A stretch of DNA of 63,878 nucleotides, the filler included, from Perkinsus chesapeaki ATCC PRA-425 (taxonomy: Eukaryota; Protista; Perkinsozoa), in the NCBI GenBank assembly GCA_013115145.1. It is 8 parts of 8 records of this genome, joined end to end, with 100 filler letters (N's around TTAATTAATTAA, not from the genome) between each part and the next. Parts side by side here need not be neighbours in the genome. Positions count along the whole stretch, not along the records: positions 59,165 to 62,520 come from JAAPAO010001424.1; positions 62,621 to 63,878 come from JAAPAO010002074.1; 6 more parts are not named here. The stretch is one strand, 5' to 3'. The notes beneath the pieces were generated by a model. That model was not told the DNA's origin. It saw nothing but the letters and a program-made list of their open reading frames with translations, and made no database searches. The position numbers and the translations under genes are program-made. Positions 60,757-63,878 of this stretch are shown piece after piece; position 1 is the stretch's first letter, and every line of letters begins with the position of its first letter.

Positions 60757-62015
60757 ACTAATTACGGAACGCGGGGGCAGCAGCATCAGCAGCAGCATCA
60801 GTTCAGCAGCAGCAGTTTCCATCATAGTTACTCTAATAACAGTAATACTCCATCCAGCTTATGATGATCGTTATCTACTAGGTCACCACCAACATGATGT
60901 TGATGATGTTACCGATTATGGTTATGATGATGGTGGTGTTGAGGTAGGGTCCCTCTCCCCATGCTCGGCAGATGCTGCTGGTGGCATCTCTGTTAAGTAT
61001 CTAAACGAAACAACATCATGTAACAAGTGCTCTGCTCTGGTGTTTAAAAATTATCTTAACTCAGATTGTTCTATAGTGGCTGATAAGCTTACACAATATG
61101 AGCATGATACCATGGTAGGATATGCTCATACCGACACACCCGCCGCCGCCGCTACATCATTATTGAATAACCATAACACCCCTCCCCCAGTTAAACGTGA
61201 TGAATCTATTGATGCTACTACTACTGTGACTACAGCAGAGGAGGAGGCAGCAGCAGCAGTGAGAGATGAGCTTGAAGATCCAAGAATAGCATCATCATCA
61301 TCATTATCCCATCCATGTGATGCTTGCCCTGGGTGTGACGATGTAAGCTGCTGCTGCTGCAGCTTGATAAGCCTGCCGATCCACACTAGGTTTGGTATGA
61401 TCAGGTTTGCTCTGCCGGCGATGCATGTATGACATGTCGAATAAAGCAGCTGGGAGAGTCTCATGGTAGTAGTGGTAGTAGTGATGGTTGATACATGATA
61501 TGTTATTATTCTTGCAGGGGCTTCTTCAACGTCGTCCTCGACTAAGGGTAGTTTTGGCGCTGTAAGGTCCCTTGGGTCTTCCAAATCCTCTGTTCCTACT
61601 CGACAGTTTACAACCTGCCAAGTCCTCCGGCATAATAAAGTTAATGACTGTTGGATATGCGCGCATGGCAAAGTGTAAGTAGTCTTCCACTTCTGAGTCT
61701 GATGGCAATGGGCCTTAGCCGCCTTCATTACCCTATGCAGATATGACGTAAGTGAATTCATGTTCCAACACGCTGCGGGCATTCGCCCTTTAATGCAGCG
61801 TGCTGGTGGTGTTAGAGATGCTACTGTAGATTATGATTTTCATTCATCGAAGAGTCGCAATAACGGTAACATTCCTCGAGGATTAGTTTTCACGTCATCC
61901 CTTAGAATGGAAACGACTGTGTATTGGCCGAGTCGTCCCATGTCCTCTACGTGGTGATCCATTCGGAGTAACAAAGGCTTCCTCATGTGATGGCGGCAGC
62001 TGCGGCATTATGTGA
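60757..62015 (+). CDS. Cytochrome b5-like heme-binding domain protein with Cys-rich N-terminus, 5' uncertain
   Basis: QVLRHNKVNDCWICAHGKV-YDVSEFMFQHAAG...DATVDYDFHS...WKRLCIGRV; predicted end SCGIM*. Confidence 0.78.
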
Positions 62016-62620
62016 ATTTTTGCTGGTGCGTCGTCGTCAACGGTGCGGTGGTCTCTCAATTATTTTTTCATTAGATACTCAGCATTCCCACAGGCCCGTG
62101 CCACCATTCCTACTGCTACTAACGCTACACCCTAAACCTAGGTCTATTGAGACCTTGCCTGTCAGCAAAGTGCTAACACCTTTATCTGTTCCAAGTTAGT
62201 ATCGATTCTGTATATCCCTTAATAACTAATACTAGCGTTGATTAAGACGCATAACTGTTAATATCTATAGACACGATGATGACACGTTATATCGGCCATA
62301 AACTTCCGAAATAATACAGGAAGACCTCCCTACAAGCGGTCTCTCATTTTCTGTTATTCAGCAACATATACTGCAGTGCATACGGCAGTGTTGAGCGCTT
62401 AATGACTGATAACATTTTTTCGGCCACTCTGGTATCGTTAGTTCAAGACGAAACCGTTTTATAGTGTAGCAGAGGCGGTCTGTATCCGTATTGGTCTATT
62501 AGCATTGATGATTCCTGCTTNNNNNNNNNNNNNNNNNNNNNNNNNNNNNNNNNNNNNNNNNNNNTTAATTAATTAANNNNNNNNNNNNNNNNNNNNNNNN
62601 NNNNNNNNNNNNNNNNNNNN

Positions 62621-63878
62621 TTCAGCCCGTATTATTTGATGTATGGACGTGAACCCCCAGCAACGACATTCCCTACTTTGGCCCGGTATTCAACCTTGCT
62701 GTACGACCCTGATAGCTATGCAGCTTATTTGGCCCGAGCACGTGCAAGAATTGCGGACCTTGTGGACGAGTGGGTAACTGCTGGTGGAGCCGCTCAACGA
62801 AAGGTAGCTGAGCAACAACAGGCTCTTCGACGACATTTTGTTGGTCAACGAGTCCGAATGAAGGTGTTCCACGGTAACAACACGCCCGGTTATAAGTTAC
62901 TTCCTAAATGGCAAACTGACTGGTATATAGTTAAGTTCCTCCCTGGTGTGCACAATAAGACTGTTGTGGCTCGACATTTCCCGGACTTGCGAGAAAAGGT
63001 TATTTCTACGGATTATTTATTGGTGGACCCCATTCAGCCCGAGATGATTCCGGCCTGTCTTAATATTCAACGTGGGCCTCCGCCTGAAGTGGATACTCCG
63101 TCTGTGCCGACCTACCCTTTTGAGGAAGCCCTTAATGTTGAAGCCCCGGTCTCGAGATCACCTTCGGCGAGTTCAGTAACTTCTATGGTGGCTAACGATG
63201 GTGCTTCATTATCAGAGGCTCTTGGCGACGCCTATGATCCTGCCGGATTGGATATCCCTAAGTTCCCTTCGGCCCGAGCAGCGCGACAACAAGCCGATGG
63301 TGTTGCTTATGATGTGGTTTTAACTGTACCTCGTGCTGCTGGTGTCCCTATGGATTATGATGTGGCTCAGGAAGTTGCGTCCCCTCGGCAAGAACCTGTC
63401 ATGGCGTCTCCAGTGTATTCAGAGGAAGCTGGTTCTGAGTCTCCTCTAAGTGCTGTCGCTAAGGTTGATGGTGAACCGGTGCAACCTGCGGTAATTGTGC
63501 ATCAACAAGATTCTCAGCCTTTGGCCCCTTTGGAGGATTCGGTTTCTTCAGTGATAGCAAGATCTGCTGGTTCTCATGTGGATGCGAGGTCTACGGGTTC
63601 GGCCCGTTCCCTCTTGTCTATGCCCGGTTCGGCCCCGGCGAGAATAAGATCTACTGAGTCTGTTTTAGGTAGTCCTCCTTCGGAGGAGGCCTCCTTCAAC
63701 AGCCCCTCTGGTTCTCTTCGAGAATTGGATGAAGTCTCTAATGGTTCAGCTCGCCGTTCGGTTGCTTCATCGCTGCCAAGAACTTCTCCCTCGAGAGGAA
63801 GTGGTGCCCGGTCACTAGAACAACGACAGGAGCAGCCTGTTCAATCTGGCCCGTTCGCTGGAAGGCTTCCCTGTACTA
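62621..63878 (+). mobile_element. Ty3/Gypsy integrase C-terminus with long Ser/Pro-rich tail (open frame across the whole contig piece; absent from the ORF track)
   Basis: Frame from 62621 reads FSPYYLMYGREP...KLLPKWQTDWYIV, no stop to 63878. Confidence 0.8.

Overview
Eukaryotic, intron-rich DNA, most likely the oyster parasite Perkinsus (inferred from an exact Perkinsus-type 22-nt spliced leader and short GT-AG introns). The window is a concatenation of about 8 unrelated contigs joined by artificial 100-bp N/TTAATTAATTAA linkers (9137-9236, 27625-27724, 41479-41578, 45240-45339, 54811-54910, 59065-59164, 62521-62620), so adjacency across linkers means nothing. Mobile elements: a full-length but mutated APE-RT-RNase H non-LTR retrotransposon inserted with a 9-bp TSD into a 46-bp minisatellite, and three LTR-type retroelement remnants. 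Protein genes: a double pepsin-like pseudo-protease, two tandem Mn-dependent ADP-ribose/CDP-alcohol diphosphatases, DedA/VTT, ADAT3/TAD3, ERV1, a cathepsin B fragment, GH18, ubiquilin, ALMT/FUSC, RING and cytochrome b5 genes, and a small secreted 10-Cys peptide. RNA genes: several tRNAs and two spliced-leader (SL) RNA genes. Most notable: (1) a retroelement whose PBS is complementary to tRNA-Gly and which itself interrupts the A-box of a tRNA-Gly gene, with an apparent LTR of only about 52-54 bp; (2) two SL RNA genes, one with a variant exon, that share upstream promoter boxes at identical spacing, each lying in a tRNA/retroelement island. Intron boundaries were read by eye and coordinates of multi-exon genes are approximate.
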